Shown: positions 9,064 through 20,432 of the stretch, in pieces
Layout of the letters: each line of letters starts with the position of its first letter
Position numbering within the stretch: the first letter of the stretch is position 1
Assembly: GCA_965243135.1 (NCBI GenBank)
Contig: OZ251539.1
Location: forward strand, 2,624,001-2,688,000
Direction of reading: 5' to 3'
Length of the DNA stretch: 64,000 nucleotides
Source: Alphaproteobacteria bacterium
GTDB lineage: Bacteria > Pseudomonadota > Alphaproteobacteria > MPNO01 > UBA830
Notes under the pieces: generated by a model
The model's input: only the letters and a program-made list of their open reading frames with translations
What the model was told of the DNA's origin: nothing
Database searches by the model: none
Program-made: the position numbers and the translations under genes

Positions 9064-11448
9064 TCACCCCCTGAGAACGCCGCCCGTCCGTTTTCCGACC
9101 GCCGAGACGACCCTGCCGGAGACCTTTTCGATCTCGGCGTCGGTCAGCGTCGACGTCGCAGGCTGGAGAACGACCGCGACGGCGACCGATTTCTTGCCGG
9201 CCCCGAGAGGGTCGCCCTCGTAAACGTCGAACACGCCGACATCCGAAATCAGCTCCCGGTCCGCGCCGGCCGCGGCGCGCGCGATGTCGTCCGCGGCGAC
9301 GGACTCGTCCACGACGAAGGCGAAATCCCGCGTCACCGGATGAAACGGCGGCAGCGACAGCGGCGCGGAGCCGCCGGCCTTCCGCTTCCGGGCGGGCACG
9401 GCGTCGAGACGAACGGTGAACGCGACGGCGGGCCCCTCGATATCCATGGCCCGCAATATCCGAGGGTGAACGTCTCCGAACGAGGCCAGTTCCGTCGCGC
9501 CGAGGCGGAGGACTCCGGAACGCCCGGGATGATGCCAGGCGGGCGCGTCCCGGGTGACCCGCAACGCGGCCGCCGGGGCTCCGGCGGCGTCGAGCGCCGC
9601 CGTCGCGTCCGCCTTGACATCCCAAAGATCGACGGGCCTGGCCGGCTCGCGCCAATGACGGCCGCCATGGCGACCGACGCGGATTCCCGAGGCCACGGTC
9701 TTCTGGCCCGTCTCCGTGTCGTCGGCGTATTCGGGACCGACTTCGAACAGCGCCACGTCCCGGTGGCCGCGGTCGGCGTTGCGGCGGGCGGCCTCGAGGA
9801 GGTTGGGCAGAATCGAAGGCCGCATGGCGTCGAGATCGGCCGAGATCGGGTTGTCCACGACCAGGGCCGGGTCGCCGAACCCGAACAGTTCCGCCGTTTC
9901 CCGCTTCATGAACGAAAACGTCACCGATTCGACCATGCCGCGAGCGGCCAGGGCGCGGCGCGCGTCCGATTCCAGGCGTGTCGGCCACGCCGCTTCCGGC
10001 ACGGCGTGCGGTCGCGGCAAAGGCACGGCCGGTATGCTGTCGTAACCGCGAATGCGCGCGATTTCCTCGACCAGATCGGCTTCGCCGTCGATGTCCTGCC
10101 GCCAGGACGGCACTTCGACGCGAATCTCGTCGCCTTCGTCGACCGGTTCGAAACCGAGGTCCCCGAGAATGCGAAGCTGTTCGTCGCCCGTCGCGTCGAG
10201 GCCGCCAAGCTCCGCCACGCGGGACTTGCGCAGCGCCGCCTTTCGACGCCAGTCCGGCATGTCGCCGGCCACGGTCAGTTCCGACGCTTCGCCGCCGCAC
10301 AGATCCAGGATCATCCGGGTCGCCACGCGGGCGCCCCAATAAGCGGATTCCGGATCGACGCCGCGCTCGAACCGGTAGCGGGCGTCGGACTGGATTCCGA
10401 GCTTGCGGCCCGTGCGCGCCGTGCGCGCCGGATCGAACAGCGCGACTTCGAGGAAAACGTTCGCCGTCGACTCGGATACCCCCGACGCCGCTCCCCCCAT
10501 GACTCCGCCGATCCCCTGAACGCCGTCGTCGTCGGCGATCACCGTCATCTCGGCGTCAAGCGCGTAGTCCTGCCCGTCGAGGGCAGCGATCATTTCGCCG
10601 CCGGCCGCGAAGCGCATCGTCAGGTCGCCCGTCACCTTGTCCGCGTCGAACACGTGGAGCGGCCGCGCCAGATCGAACGTGACGTAGTTGGTGATGTCGA
10701 CCAGCGCCGAGATCGGACGCAGGCCGATGGCCCGCAGCCGGTCCCGAAGCCACTTCGGGCTCTCCCCGTTGTCGACGCCCCGGAAGAACCGGCCCACCAC
10801 CAGGGGACAGGCTTCGCCGTCGGAAAGTTCGCGCCGCCACCGGACGGGCGAATCGAAAGACCCGGCCGTTTCCGGCGCGTCGAGAGGCTTCAGCCGTCCC
10901 AGTCCGGCGGCCGCCAGATCGCGGGCGATTCCGCGCACTCCGGCGCAGTCCTGCCGGTTCGGGGTCAATCCGATCTCGACGACCCGGTCCGACAGACCCA
11001 TCGCCGCGGCCGCGGGCGCGCCGACCTCCGCTTCGTCCGGCAGTTCGACGATGCCCTCGTGATCGTCCGAAAGACCCATTTCGCGCTCGGAAAGCAACAT
11101 TCCGTTGGATTCCTGGCCGCGAATCCGCGCCTTCCTGAGCGTTACGCCCTTGATCTCCAGGCCCGCGGCCGCGAACACGCCCTTCATCCCGCTGCGAGCG
11201 TTGGGCGCTCCGCACACGACCTGGACCGGCTCGCCGCCCCCGTAGTCCACCATACAAACCTTGAGGCGATCGGCGTCCGGATGCCGTTCCGCGGCGAGAA
11301 CGCGCGCCACCCGAAATCCTTCGAGCGAAGCGGCGGGATCCTCCACGGCCTCGACTTCGAGGCCGATCATGGACAGCGCGTCGACGATCTCGGCGAAGGG
11401 CCGGTCGGTCTCCAGATGGTCCCGAAGCCAGTCGAAAGTGAGTTTCAC
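9064..11448 (-). CDS. pheT: Phenylalanine--tRNA ligase beta subunit
   Basis: [31 protein letters not shown] and FDX-ACB tail. Confidence 0.98.
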   Translation of the reverse strand: MKLTFDWLRDHLETDRPFAEIVDALSMIGLEVEAVEDPAASLEGFRVARVLAAERHPDADRLKVCMVDYGGGEPVQVVCGAPNARSGMKGVFAAAGLEIKGVTLRKARIRGQESNGMLLSEREMGLSDDHEGIVELPDEAEVGAPAAAAMGLSDRVVEIGLTPNRQDCAGVRGIARDLAAAGLGRLKPLDAPETAGSFDSPVRWRRELSDGEACPLVVGRFFRGVDNGESPKWLRDRLRAIGLRPISALVDITNYVTFDLARPLHVFDADKVTGDLTMRFAAGGEMIAALDGQDYALDAEMTVIADDDGVQGIGGVMGGAASGVSESTANVFLEVALFDPARTARTGRKLGIQSDARYRFERGVDPESAYWGARVATRMILDLCGGEASELTVAGDMPDWRRKAALRKSRVAELGGLDATGDEQLRILGDLGFEPVDEGDEIRVEVPSWRQDIDGEADLVEEIARIRGYDSIPAVPLPRPHAVPEAAWPTRLESDARRALAARGMVESVTFSFMKRETAELFGFGDPALVVDNPISADLDAMRPSILPNLLEAARRNADRGHRDVALFEVGPEYADDTETGQKTVASGIRVGRHGGRHWREPARPVDLWDVKADATAALDAAGAPAAALRVTRDAPAWHHPGRSGVLRLGATELASFGDVHPRILRAMDIEGPAVAFTVRLDAVPARKRKAGGSAPLSLPPFHPVTRDFAFVVDESVAADDIARAAAGADRELISDVGVFDVYEGDPLGAGKKSVAVAVVLQPATSTLTDAEIEKVSGRVVSAVGKRTGGVLRG

Positions 11449-11452
11449 CGGC

Positions 11453-12538
11453 TCAACTCCTCGCGAGCCCGGTCGCGACGTTGGGAACGTCGAGCGCGGA
11501 AAATCCGTAGTGCCGCAACCAGCGGATATCCGACTCGTAGAACGTGCGCAGATCGGGAATGCCGTATTTGAGCATCGCCGCCCGTTCGATGCCGAGGCCG
11601 AAAGCGAAGCCCTGATGGATCGCCGGATCGATGCCGCAATTCTCGAGGACGCGCGGATTGACCATGCCGCAGCCGAGAATTTCCAGCCAGTCCTCCGCGC
11701 CTTCGCCGCGACCGATCGAAAGGCCGCCGTCCGCGCGCGAACAGCCGATATCGACCTCGGCCGACGGTTCGGTGAAGGGAAAATAGGACGGCCGGAACCG
11801 GACCGGCAAATCGTCGATGCCGAAAAACGCCCTGCAGAACTCGATGAGGCAGCCCTTCAGGTGCCCCATATGGACGCCTTCGTCGATCGCCAGCCCCTCG
11901 ATCTGATGGAACATGGGCGAATGGGTCGCGTCATGGTCGGCGCGAAAGGTGCGGCCCGGCACGACGATCCTGATCGGAGGCTTCCGCGCGAGCATCGTGC
12001 GGATTTGCACCGGCGAGGTGTGCGTGCGCAGCACCAGGCGCGAGCCGTCCGTCCGCCGCGGCAAGTAGAACGTGTCGTGATCCTGCCGCGCGGGATGGTC
12101 GGGCGGAATGTTGAGCGCGGTGAAGTTGTTGAAGTCGGTTTCGATGTGGGGACCGTCCGCGACCGCGAAGCCCATCTGGCAGAATATGGCCACCATCTCG
12201 TCGACGGTCTGGCTGATGGGGTGGATGCGGCCTTCCGGCTCGGGCCGAGCGGGAAGGCTGACGTCGACGGCGTCCTCCGCCAGGCGCGCATCGATCGCCG
12301 CGGCTTCCAGTTCCGCCTTTTTCCGGTCGATGGCGTCGGCGACGGCGTTCTTCACCTCGTTGAGCGCCCGGCCCGCCGGCCTGCGTTCTTCGGGAGGAAG
12401 GGATCCGATACCCTTCATCAGCGCGGTGACGCTGCCGGACCGCCCCAGAGCGCCTACGCGGATTTCCTCCAACGCCGCCATGTCGGCGGCGTCCACCCGC
12501 TGGAGCAGATCCTCCTTCAGACGATCGAGATCTTCCAT
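11453..12538 (-). CDS. pheS: Phenylalanine--tRNA ligase alpha subunit
   Basis: HPARQDHDTF, LRTHTSPVQIR and FRPSYFPFTEPS. Confidence 0.98.
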   Translation of the reverse strand: MEDLDRLKEDLLQRVDAADMAALEEIRVGALGRSGSVTALMKGIGSLPPEERRPAGRALNEVKNAVADAIDRKKAELEAAAIDARLAEDAVDVSLPARPEPEGRIHPISQTVDEMVAIFCQMGFAVADGPHIETDFNNFTALNIPPDHPARQDHDTFYLPRRTDGSRLVLRTHTSPVQIRTMLARKPPIRIVVPGRTFRADHDATHSPMFHQIEGLAIDEGVHMGHLKGCLIEFCRAFFGIDDLPVRFRPSYFPFTEPSAEVDIGCSRADGGLSIGRGEGAEDWLEILGCGMVNPRVLENCGIDPAIHQGFAFGLGIERAAMLKYGIPDLRTFYESDIRWLRHYGFSALDVPNVATGLARS

Positions 12539-12577
12539 AAGTCCGGTCCAGGAGCCGCCGCTTCCGGCCGCCAGTGA

Positions 12578-12937
12578 TCAGTCGGCAAGAGCTGCCTTGG
12601 CCCGTTCGACGACGCTGCCGAACGCGTCCGGCTCGCGCGCCGCCAGATCCGCCAGCACCTTGCGGTCGAGTTCGATGCCGGCGAGCTTCACGCCGTTCAT
12701 GAACCTGGAATAGGTCAGGCCATGCGCCCGCGCTCCGGCATTGATTCGCTGAATCCAAAGCGCGCGGAAATTGCGTTTTCGCGTCCGCCGGTCGCGATAG
12801 GCGTACTGTCCGGCTTTCTCGACTTTCTCGATCGCGACCTTGAACACGTTGGAATTCCGGCCGCGATAGCCTTTCGCCTTCCGGATGACCTTCTTGTGGC
12901 GGGCGTGCGTCGTGACGCCCCGCTTGACTCGCGCCAT
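12578..12937 (-). CDS. rplT: 50S ribosomal protein L20
   Basis: MARVKRG...[21 protein letters not shown]. Confidence 0.99.
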   Translation of the reverse strand: MARVKRGVTTHARHKKVIRKAKGYRGRNSNVFKVAIEKVEKAGQYAYRDRRTRKRNFRALWIQRINAGARAHGLTYSRFMNGVKLAGIELDRKVLADLAAREPDAFGSVVERAKAALAD

Positions 12938-12952
12938 TTTGCAGAACCTCCG

Positions 12953-13150
12953 TCAGGCGTAGGGCAAATACGATCTGACGAGGCGGGAATCCGCGTCCGC
13001 CATGACCTGCTTGCCGCGCGCGCCGCGCTTCATCTTTTGCGGCCTCTTGCGGAGATTGTGGCGTTTTCCGGCGAATCCCGACCGGATTTTGCCGCCGCCG
13101 GTGGCGCGAAAACGCTTCTTCGCGCCGCTCTTCGACTTGAGCTTGGGCAT
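12953..13150 (-). CDS. rpmI: 50S ribosomal protein L35
   Basis: MPKLKSKSGAKKRF...LPYA, directly upstream of rplT. Confidence 0.97.
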   Translation of the reverse strand: MPKLKSKSGAKKRFRATGGGKIRSGFAGKRHNLRKRPQKMKRGARGKQVMADADSRLVRSYLPYA

Positions 13151-13228
13151 TTTCGTCTCCTCGTCGCTGAACGACGGCCCCGGCATGCCCGGCCGGACCG
13201 TTCGTTGCAGAGTGTCCGCAGTCGGCGG

Positions 13229-13257
13229 CTTATAGCGAGTCGCCGCGCAAGAAACAA
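13229..13257 (-). promoter_or_regulatory. Putative sigma70 promoter of rpmI-rplT-pheST
   Basis: TTGTTT-N17-TATAAG. Confidence 0.45.
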
Positions 13258-13279
13258 GGCGGCGTCGGCCTTCGCCGGG

Positions 13280-13600
13280 TCAGACCGATGCTTGAATCCA
13301 CTCCACGAGCTTGCTCTTGGGGAGCGCGCCCACCTTCGTGGCGGCCACCTTTCCGTCCTTGAACAGGATAAGGGTGGGAATGCCCCGCACGCCGTATTTG
13401 GAGGGGGTCATGGGATTTTCGTCGATGTTCACCTTCGCGACGGCGATCTCCATCTCCTCGGAAATTTCTTCCAGGGACGGACCGATCTGCTTGCACGGGC
13501 CGCACCACTCGGCCCAGAAATCGACCAGAACGGGACCTTCCGCCCCGAGCACTTCGCTGTCGAACGAGTCGTCGGAAACCGGTTTGCTTGCCATGTCCAC
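13280..13600 (-). CDS. trxA: Thioredoxin
   Basis: [11 protein letters not shown]. Canonical position after addA. Confidence 0.97.
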   Translation of the reverse strand: MDMASKPVSDDSFDSEVLGAEGPVLVDFWAEWCGPCKQIGPSLEEISEEMEIAVAKVNIDENPMTPSKYGVRGIPTLILFKDGKVAATKVGALPKSKLVEWIQASV

Positions 13601-13669
13601 CCCTTTTGCGCGAAACCGGCGGCCCGCGTCCGCCGGATGAAGACACGCTAGCGGAAAACCGAAGCTCCG

Positions 13670-16600
13670 TCAAGGCGCGTGAGGATCGAGCAGCGCCGCT
13701 TCGAGGGGCATCAGCCGCGGCCCTTCGGTCCACAGCAAAATGCATTCGACCTCGCGGCCGGGATGGACTTTCCGCAGCAGAGCCCGGTATTCGGCCATCT
13801 GCCGGAGGTAGCGAACCGGCACGTCGCGCGGTCGCGGCGGCGTCGGGCGATTCGTCTTGAAATCCAGAATTTTCACCGTCTCCGGCATGACGATCAGACG
13901 GTCCACCCGGCCGGAGATCGCGGCGCCGCCCACCACCCCGGCAACCGCCGCCTCGGAGCGCGAACCGGGACCGAAGAGGGCCGCGCAGTCCGGATGGTCG
14001 AGCACGGCGAAGGTCTCTCGCGACAGCTCTTCGACGGCTTCGGCGTCGAGGCCGTGAACGGGACGCTCGAGGAAACGCCGCGCCGCCGCCGGCCGCGACT
14101 CGGTCGGCAGCTCGGGAAGAATCTCGAGCAGCCTGTGCACGAGCAGACCCCGCTTGAACGCGGCGCCGCGGCGACCTCCCAGGGGCGACCGGACGGCAGG
14201 CTCGCGCCTGACGGGCCGCGAGGGGGCCAGCGGGCGGGACGGCTCCGGCTCCTCGGGCGCCGGCCTGTCCGCCCAGCCGGGCAGCGCCTCCGTCACGGCA
14301 ACGGGAACCTCATCCGTCTTCCGGCGGTCCGGCGGCGCCTTCTGCGCGTTCGAAAGGCGGCGCCCTTCCCCTTCCCAACCCGGCTCGCCGGCGACCTCGC
14401 CGGACCGGAACCCGAAGGCGGGGGCGTCGTCCAGGCCGCGCGCCACGAGATTGCGCCACGCTCCTTCGGGCGGCGACCTGCGGGTCCCGTAGCCGCAAAC
14501 GTAAAGACGATCCTCGGCGCGCGTCATGGCGACGTAAAGGAGGCGCCGATACTCCTCGTCGCGGCGTCCGGCCGCGGCTTCTTCGAATCGATTCGCGACC
14601 CGCTCGCGATGCTCCGCCCGCGGCGGCCACAGGACCATTTCTTGGCCGCCCTCCGTGCCCCAGATCAGGCCGCGGTCGGCTTGCGGAGTCTGCATGGTGT
14701 CCGCGAGAAAAACGATGGGAGCCTGGAGGCCTTTCGCCCCGTGGACGGTCATGACGCGCACCTCGTCGCGAACGGCCTGATCGAGGTCGCGCTTGATCTC
14801 CGCCTGCCCTCCCTCGAACCAGTGCAGAAAGCCCTGCAGCGACGGCGTGTGCGCCCGCTCGTAGGCGAGGGCGAGGGCGAGGAATTCGTCGATCGGATCG
14901 TTGGCCTCGTCCCCAAGCCGCGCGAGAATGCGGGCCCGGCCTTTCATCGGCCCGAGAACGCGGGCGAAGAACTCGTACGGCGGCGTCCGATCCGCGCTCC
15001 GCAGCGCGTCGCGGAGCAGGCCCATCTCCTCTTCCGCTGCCGGACGGTCTCTCAACGCCGCCCAGACGGTGGACTCGCGGTCATGGCAGACGTCGAACAG
15101 CGCGTTCTCGTCGAAACCGATCAACGGCCCCTTCAACACCGCGGCGAGATTCAGGTCGTCCTGCGGCAACAGGGCGAACGCGGCGAGCGCCAGGAGGTCC
15201 CTGACCGCGAGCTGGGAGCCCAGCACCATGCGGTCGATGCCGGCCACGGGAATGCCGCGCTTCTTGAGCTCCCGGATCAGCTCCTCGACGAAGGCGGTTC
15301 GGCGGCGCACCAGCACCATGACGTCGCCCGGCCGGATCGGCCGGTCCGCGCTCGGCAGGAGTTCGCGCGTGTGCCGCCACTCGTCGATCTTCCGGGCGAT
15401 CGCGCACGCCAACTGGAACGTGGGAGGCGCCCGTTCCCGCGTTCCGCCCGGAAGCGCCCAAGGCTCGTCGTCCGGGCGTTCCGGCGGCATGACCGGAGGC
15501 CACATCTCCACCAGCCCCCCCTGCCCGGCGCGGTGCGGCGTATGCCGGATAGCGGCTTTCGACACGCCCTCGCGCGCCGTTTCGTCGGCGAAGACGTCGT
15601 CGACCGCCCGCAGCACCGATTCGGTGGATCGAAACGAAACGTCGAGAGGCACCCGCAACCAGTCCATGCCGGCTTCTCGGGCGCGCCGTTCGAAATGAGC
15701 GCTCATGCGCGCGAACTCGTCCGGCGCGGCGCCCTGAAAACCGAAGATCGACTGCTTCTCGTCTCCCACCGCGAAAACGGTGCGCGCCTTTTCCCCGGCG
15801 CCCTCGCCCGCGAAGAACTCCTCGGTGATGGCGCGGATGACGGCCCACTGGTCGGCGTTGCTGTCCTGCGCTTCGTCGATCAGCACATGGTCGATGCCGC
15901 CGTCGAGCTTGTACATAACCCACGGCGCCGCGCGTTCGACGAGCCCGCGCGCCGCAAGGATCAGATCGTCGTAATCGAGAAGCGCGTAGCGGCGCTTTCG
16001 CTCTTCGTATCGATCTATCAGCGCGGTCGCCATCTCCAGAATCGCGGCGGTCGCTTCGACGGTCCGGATCGCCTTGCGCTTTTCGGCGGCCTCCTGCACG
16101 CGCGACGCCTCGCCGTGGAGGATCTCGACAACGCGCGGCATGGCGTCGCATACTTTCTTCGTCGCCAGCCGGGCGCGAATCCCGCCCGCGCTCGTAAGGA
16201 AGGCTTTGGCGTAGGCGTCGAACGTCGCTTGCCGCTCGTCGACCGCGTCCAGCCAAGTCCTGATGATGTCAGCCCTTTCCAGATCCGTCTTGCCGCCGTC
16301 TGCGAGAGCGTTCGCCGCTTCGCGCAGTTCGTCCTCCGGGGCGGCCCGGCAAACGGCCGCGATCGCCTCTTCGACGGTTTCCTCCGCCGCGACCCGGAGC
16401 GCCTCGCGAAGGGCGCTTTCGGCCCCCGCCCTGCCGCCATGGCGGTCCAACAAACGCCGCAGCCTTCCGCTCTGGCCGGTGATCTGCGCCATCAGCGTCG
16501 CGAATTCGTCTTCCTGCACCCAGCCGGTCACGGTCCGCACCGCGGAGGCCAGGCCTTCGTCCCCGCCTCGATGGGCGAGATCGAGGATCTCGTCGCGCGC

Positions 16601-17065
16601 GGCTTCGAGCGCCTCCGCCGCGGAGCGCTCGTCCATCACCTCGAAATGCGGAACGACTCCGGCTTCGATGGGAAACCTGCCAAGCAGGGATTCGCAGAAA
16701 GCGTGAATTGTCTGGATCTTCAAGCCGCCGGGCGCCTCCAGCACGTCCGCGAAGAGCCTGCGGGCGGTCGCGAGAACGCTTTCCCCGGGTTCCTCGCCGG
16801 TCAATCCGCGGACGGTTTCGACAAGCTCTTCGTCGCCGGCGATCGCCCACTCGCCGAGCAGGCGGCGGATGCGGTTCTGCATCTCCGCGGCGGCGGCGCG
16901 CGTGAAGGTCAGGCACAGGATTTTTTCCGGGCGGGCGCCCCGCAGCAGCAGCCGCAACACGCGATCCGCGAGCACCTTGGTCTTGCCCGATCCGGCCGAC
17001 GCCGATACCCAAACGCACGCATTCGGCGTCGAGGCTTCCGCCTGTTGCGGATAGGGTTGAATCAT
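13670..17065 (-). CDS. addA: Double-strand break repair helicase/nuclease AddA
   Basis: ASAGSGKT, LTFTRAAAAEM, IDEAQD, VGDEKQSIF, TVHGAKGL, LYVAMTRA and GRVDRL..DFKT. ATG 17065 overlaps the addB stop. Confidence 0.96.
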   Translation of the reverse strand: MIQPYPQQAEASTPNACVWVSASAGSGKTKVLADRVLRLLLRGARPEKILCLTFTRAAAAEMQNRIRRLLGEWAIAGDEELVETVRGLTGEEPGESVLATARRLFADVLEAPGGLKIQTIHAFCESLLGRFPIEAGVVPHFEVMDERSAAEALEAARDEILDLAHRGGDEGLASAVRTVTGWVQEDEFATLMAQITGQSGRLRRLLDRHGGRAGAESALREALRVAAEETVEEAIAAVCRAAPEDELREAANALADGGKTDLERADIIRTWLDAVDERQATFDAYAKAFLTSAGGIRARLATKKVCDAMPRVVEILHGEASRVQEAAEKRKAIRTVEATAAILEMATALIDRYEERKRRYALLDYDDLILAARGLVERAAPWVMYKLDGGIDHVLIDEAQDSNADQWAVIRAITEEFFAGEGAGEKARTVFAVGDEKQSIFGFQGAAPDEFARMSAHFERRAREAGMDWLRVPLDVSFRSTESVLRAVDDVFADETAREGVSKAAIRHTPHRAGQGGLVEMWPPVMPPERPDDEPWALPGGTRERAPPTFQLACAIARKIDEWRHTRELLPSADRPIRPGDVMVLVRRRTAFVEELIRELKKRGIPVAGIDRMVLGSQLAVRDLLALAAFALLPQDDLNLAAVLKGPLIGFDENALFDVCHDRESTVWAALRDRPAAEEEMGLLRDALRSADRTPPYEFFARVLGPMKGRARILARLGDEANDPIDEFLALALAYERAHTPSLQGFLHWFEGGQAEIKRDLDQAVRDEVRVMTVHGAKGLQAPIVFLADTMQTPQADRGLIWGTEGGQEMVLWPPRAEHRERVANRFEEAAAGRRDEEYRRLLYVAMTRAEDRLYVCGYGTRRSPPEGAWRNLVARGLDDAPAFGFRSGEVAGEPGWEGEGRRLSNAQKAPPDRRKTDEVPVAVTEALPGWADRPAPEEPEPSRPLAPSRPVRREPAVRSPLGGRRGAAFKRGLLVHRLLEILPELPTESRPAAARRFLERPVHGLDAEAVEELSRETFAVLDHPDCAALFGPGSRSEAAVAGVVGGAAISGRVDRLIVMPETVKILDFKTNRPTPPRPRDVPVRYLRQMAEYRALLRKVHPGREVECILLWTEGPRLMPLEAALLDPHAP

Positions 17066-20007
17066 TCGCCGCCGCCTCCGGCCGCCCATTCCTGAATCCG
17101 TTCCAGATGTTCGTAGTCCGAATAGCGCGGCGCCTTCTCGGGGTCTGGCCGCGCCCGATATTCGGTGTCCGGCCTCTGGTAATATTCGAGCAGCGCCTTC
17201 ACGCCCTCGAAAGCGTCTTCCGCCAGTTGCCGCGGGTCGCCTCCCGCGTCGCGCACTTCTCCGGCGGGATCGCCGCCCGTAAGCCTCCAATACGACAGTT
17301 CGGCGACAGGTCCGGCAGGAATTCCTTCGAATGCGCCGCGCGCGACCATCGCCGCTTCGAGCGGAAGTTGGGGCGCCAGTCCCGCGTCGACATCCCTCTT
17401 GGAGGGAACGGCGCCGGTCTTGTAATCGATGATGGCGTACCCCCCGCCGACGAGCGCGTCGATCCGGTCGGCGCGCCCGCTCAGTTCGAACGGCGCGCCG
17501 GACCGGGCGATGACCAGATTGCCCTTCACCTCGGCATGACGCGCCCGGCTCGCCAGGCCGTTTTCCTGATCGACGATCCATCTCGCGATCCGTTCGAAGC
17601 GCGGCCACCAGAACGCCCGCACCCCGGGACGGTCGATCAAGGGCGCGAATTCCTCTCGACCTATCTCAAGGAAGCGCTCGAGCGCGTCGTCCGGAAGATC
17701 GTCCTCGACCTCCTTCAGGAAGCGGTCGATGGCGTCGTGAACGATCGTCCCCCGTTCGGCCGGGCCGGGAGCGAAGACGACGGGATCCAGGCGCCTTAGT
17801 CCGAGAACGCGCCGCGCGTAGACGGCGTAGGGATCGCGTTGCAGCGTCTCGATTTCGGTAACGGACAACCGGGCGGGGCGGGCGGGCACCGGCGGACGGG
17901 CGGCGGGCGGCTCCGGGGCGAGCTTGGGCTCGCGCTGATCGAGTTCAGCTTGGAGGCGCAACCATTTGTCGCGCGCGCCGTTCCAGCGGGCCAGGACGGC
18001 GCGGCCTTCCTCGGCCGACGACAACAGCGTCTCGATCCGGGCCAGCCACCGGGCCGGCACGGTGGGAGAACCGTCGACCCGGGTCGATCGCGTCATGACG
18101 ACTTCCGGAGCGGAAAATCCCTGCACGAAATCGTGCGCTGTCAGGCCGATGCGCCGTTCAGGAGGCGGCAGCCCGAACGCCGCCCGCATCGGGCGGCTCA
18201 TCCACGGATCCGGCGAGGATTCGGGAGGCCACGCTCCTTCGTTGAGGCCGCCCATGACGACGAGATCGGCCCGTTGAAGGCGGGCTTCCAGCAGGCCCCA
18301 GATGTTCAGGCGCGGATGGCGGCCGTAGACCGTGCGAACCACGATGCCTTCCATCAGAACCTCGAGCAGCGCGGGCCATTCGGGACCCGCGATTCGCAGC
18401 GTCGACTCGGCGCGCAGATCGTCGACGAATTCCGCGGCACGCGCGCCCTCCTCGTCCGCCCACAGCCGTTCCGCGCCCGTCCGCGAATCCGACGACGCCA
18501 GCGCTTCGGCGAAGGCGACGTGAGCTTCCAGCAGAACGCGAACCTCCACCTCCTCCGCGTCCGCGGCTTCCGCGAACGGCGCGATCGCGTCGGCCAGCCA
18601 ACGCGAAAGGTCGACCAGCTCGCCGGACGGATCTTTCTCGAGCGTCTCGACGGTCTCCCGCAGGCCGGCGAATCCCGGCTGCATCCGCCGTCCGCGGATC
18701 GCGGCCCGCTCCAGAAGCCGGACGAGCCTGCGAAACTCTCGGGGGTCCCTCGCTCCCGCCGCCAGCGGATGCTTCAGCAAGGCAAGCAGCGCCACCGGCC
18801 CCGCGTCGATCGCCCCGGCCGCCAGGCGAAGGAAGATTCCGGGGCTCGAATCCGCGAGCGGGATGCCGCCCGAATCATCAATCTCGACGTCCCAACGCTG
18901 CAGTTCCGCGGCGACGCGGCGCGCCAGCCGCCGGTCCGGCGTGACGAGAGCCGCTGTCTTTTCGGGGGTCTCCACGGCCTCGCGAAGCAGAAGGGCGATC
19001 ACGAGCGCCTCCTGCTGCGGCCCCGGGCACTCGATCAGGCGCACGCCGTCGAAAGCGCGGGACGCTCCCTCCGGCAACGCGAAGCCAGCCGCCGTCGCGG
19101 CCGGGCGGAGTGCGTAGTTGACGAGTTCGAAGCGGTCGAGAGAGGCCGCCGCCTCCCAGTCCGGAATCTCCGCGAGGCCGACTCCCATCCGGTCCAGCAA
19201 GCGCACCATGCCGAACTGGGAGTGGCTATGCTCCAGCGCCTCGAGGCTTGCGCGATCGAGCGAGCGGTCGAGGCCCGGCAACACGACGGCGCCGTTCTGC
19301 ATTGCCGCGACGCAGACGAGCAGGTCGGCCGTCGCCGGGAGGCTGCCGGTGGATCCCGCGGCAATGACCGGCCCGTCGGACGGCCGCTCGTTCCACCTTG
19401 CGATCTGCGCCTCGATCAGCCGATTGCGGCGGTCGGCATGATCGGCGCCTCCCTGTTCCTGCAGAATGGAGGGCCAGTGTTCCGTCACGATCCGCAGGAA
19501 AGAAAGCGTTTGCTGCCAATGCTCCGCATACTGGTCGGGCACGATGTTCTCCAGATCGGAAAACGAGACCCGGGCCGTCTGCGCCTCGTCCAGCAAGCGC
19601 GCGAGCCCGCGGGCGAGTCGCGCGGCATGGGCGGGGCCGGGCATATCGCCCCGCGCCATGACCATTTGCGCCAGGAGGAGTGCGCGCCGGAGGGGCGATA
19701 TGGCGGGCGGCAACTCCGCGGCGCCGAAGCCCGGGAACTCGGCCGCGAGAAATTCGTCCTCGTCGATCTCGCCGATCGGCGACATCGACGGCAGCAGCAT
19801 CGGCGCGCCCCCGGTCACCCTGAGAAATGCCTCCCCGAGCGCGCGGCAGGCGCGGCGGGTAGGCAGCAGGATCCGCATGTCCGCGATCGCCGCCGAATCG
19901 TAACGGCGGAGAATTCCACGGGCGAGGGTGTCGACGAAACCCTCTCCGCCGGCGATTGTATAGACGTTCGCCGCAAGCGGCGTCTCGGGCTGCGTCGGGC
20001 GCGACAT
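17062..20007 (-). CDS. addB: Double-strand break repair protein AddB
   Basis: LLPTRRACR, AGSTGS, GLLEARL, LSVTEIE..DPY and GRADRID..DYKTG. Start is approximate. Confidence 0.95.
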   Translation of the reverse strand: MSRPTQPETPLAANVYTIAGGEGFVDTLARGILRRYDSAAIADMRILLPTRRACRALGEAFLRVTGGAPMLLPSMSPIGEIDEDEFLAAEFPGFGAAELPPAISPLRRALLLAQMVMARGDMPGPAHAARLARGLARLLDEAQTARVSFSDLENIVPDQYAEHWQQTLSFLRIVTEHWPSILQEQGGADHADRRNRLIEAQIARWNERPSDGPVIAAGSTGSLPATADLLVCVAAMQNGAVVLPGLDRSLDRASLEALEHSHSQFGMVRLLDRMGVGLAEIPDWEAAASLDRFELVNYALRPAATAAGFALPEGASRAFDGVRLIECPGPQQEALVIALLLREAVETPEKTAALVTPDRRLARRVAAELQRWDVEIDDSGGIPLADSSPGIFLRLAAGAIDAGPVALLALLKHPLAAGARDPREFRRLVRLLERAAIRGRRMQPGFAGLRETVETLEKDPSGELVDLSRWLADAIAPFAEAADAEEVEVRVLLEAHVAFAEALASSDSRTGAERLWADEEGARAAEFVDDLRAESTLRIAGPEWPALLEVLMEGIVVRTVYGRHPRLNIWGLLEARLQRADLVVMGGLNEGAWPPESSPDPWMSRPMRAAFGLPPPERRIGLTAHDFVQGFSAPEVVMTRSTRVDGSPTVPARWLARIETLLSSAEEGRAVLARWNGARDKWLRLQAELDQREPKLAPEPPAARPPVPARPARLSVTEIETLQRDPYAVYARRVLGLRRLDPVVFAPGPAERGTIVHDAIDRFLKEVEDDLPDDALERFLEIGREEFAPLIDRPGVRAFWWPRFERIARWIVDQENGLASRARHAEVKGNLVIARSGAPFELSGRADRIDALVGGGYAIIDYKTGAVPSKRDVDAGLAPQLPLEAAMVARGAFEGIPAGPVAELSYWRLTGGDPAGEVRDAGGDPRQLAEDAFEGVKALLEYYQRPDTEYRARPDPEKAPRYSDYEHLERIQEWAAGGGGE

Positions 20008-20269
20008 GCGCTTTCCTGATACCGGCAGACGGAACCGCCTCATGCTCGAAAGAGGTCCCTTCGCCTGCAATTGGCGCTCGAAGATTCCATCATACACGGC
20101 AGGCCGCAGGTGTCAGCCAGGGAGTAAACCGGGGTCGGGCGGGATTTTTCGGAAGCGCCGCCGGGCGAACGAAGCGCCAGCCCCGCCGAACTCCGGCTTC
20201 GACGCCGGGAGGCCGGCGTCGCGGATTTCCCGCGAAACCTCGTTCAAGCGGCGTTTACGCGCGGAGGAG

Positions 20270-20432
20270 GCGAAGTTTACGTCGCGGCCGGCGCCAGAGC
20301 CGGACGAAGGCGCGGCGTTCGCGCCGTGTTGCGTTTCCGGCGGACGCGCGTCGGAAAACCCGAGGAAGCGCGCCCGCCGAGGCCGCGTTGGCGAAGTCCT
20401 CCTCCGCCTCGCGTTCCGCGCGACCGGGTCAT
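20270..20432 (-). pseudogene. DUF4276-like partner gene remnant
   Basis: ATGA overlap with the ATPase stop. Broken frames give MTR.. / EAEEDFANA / GFSDAR, resembling DUF4276 N-termini. Confidence 0.4.

Noticed and set aside
7241-10339. Apparent 1032-aa LepA, and similar N-terminal extensions of AddA, ChvG, TopA, NurA and the oxidoreductase in the ORF track
   Set aside because: The extensions overlap upstream genes or intergenic DNA and are low complexity. Conventional starts exist downstream.
13679-17095. Very long antisense or alternative-frame ORFs (e.g. 13679-17095 +, 33276-36989 -, 1393-4419 +, 47596-50079 +)
   Set aside because: Shadow ORFs of real genes, typical of high-GC DNA. Arg/Gly/Pro-rich with no motifs.
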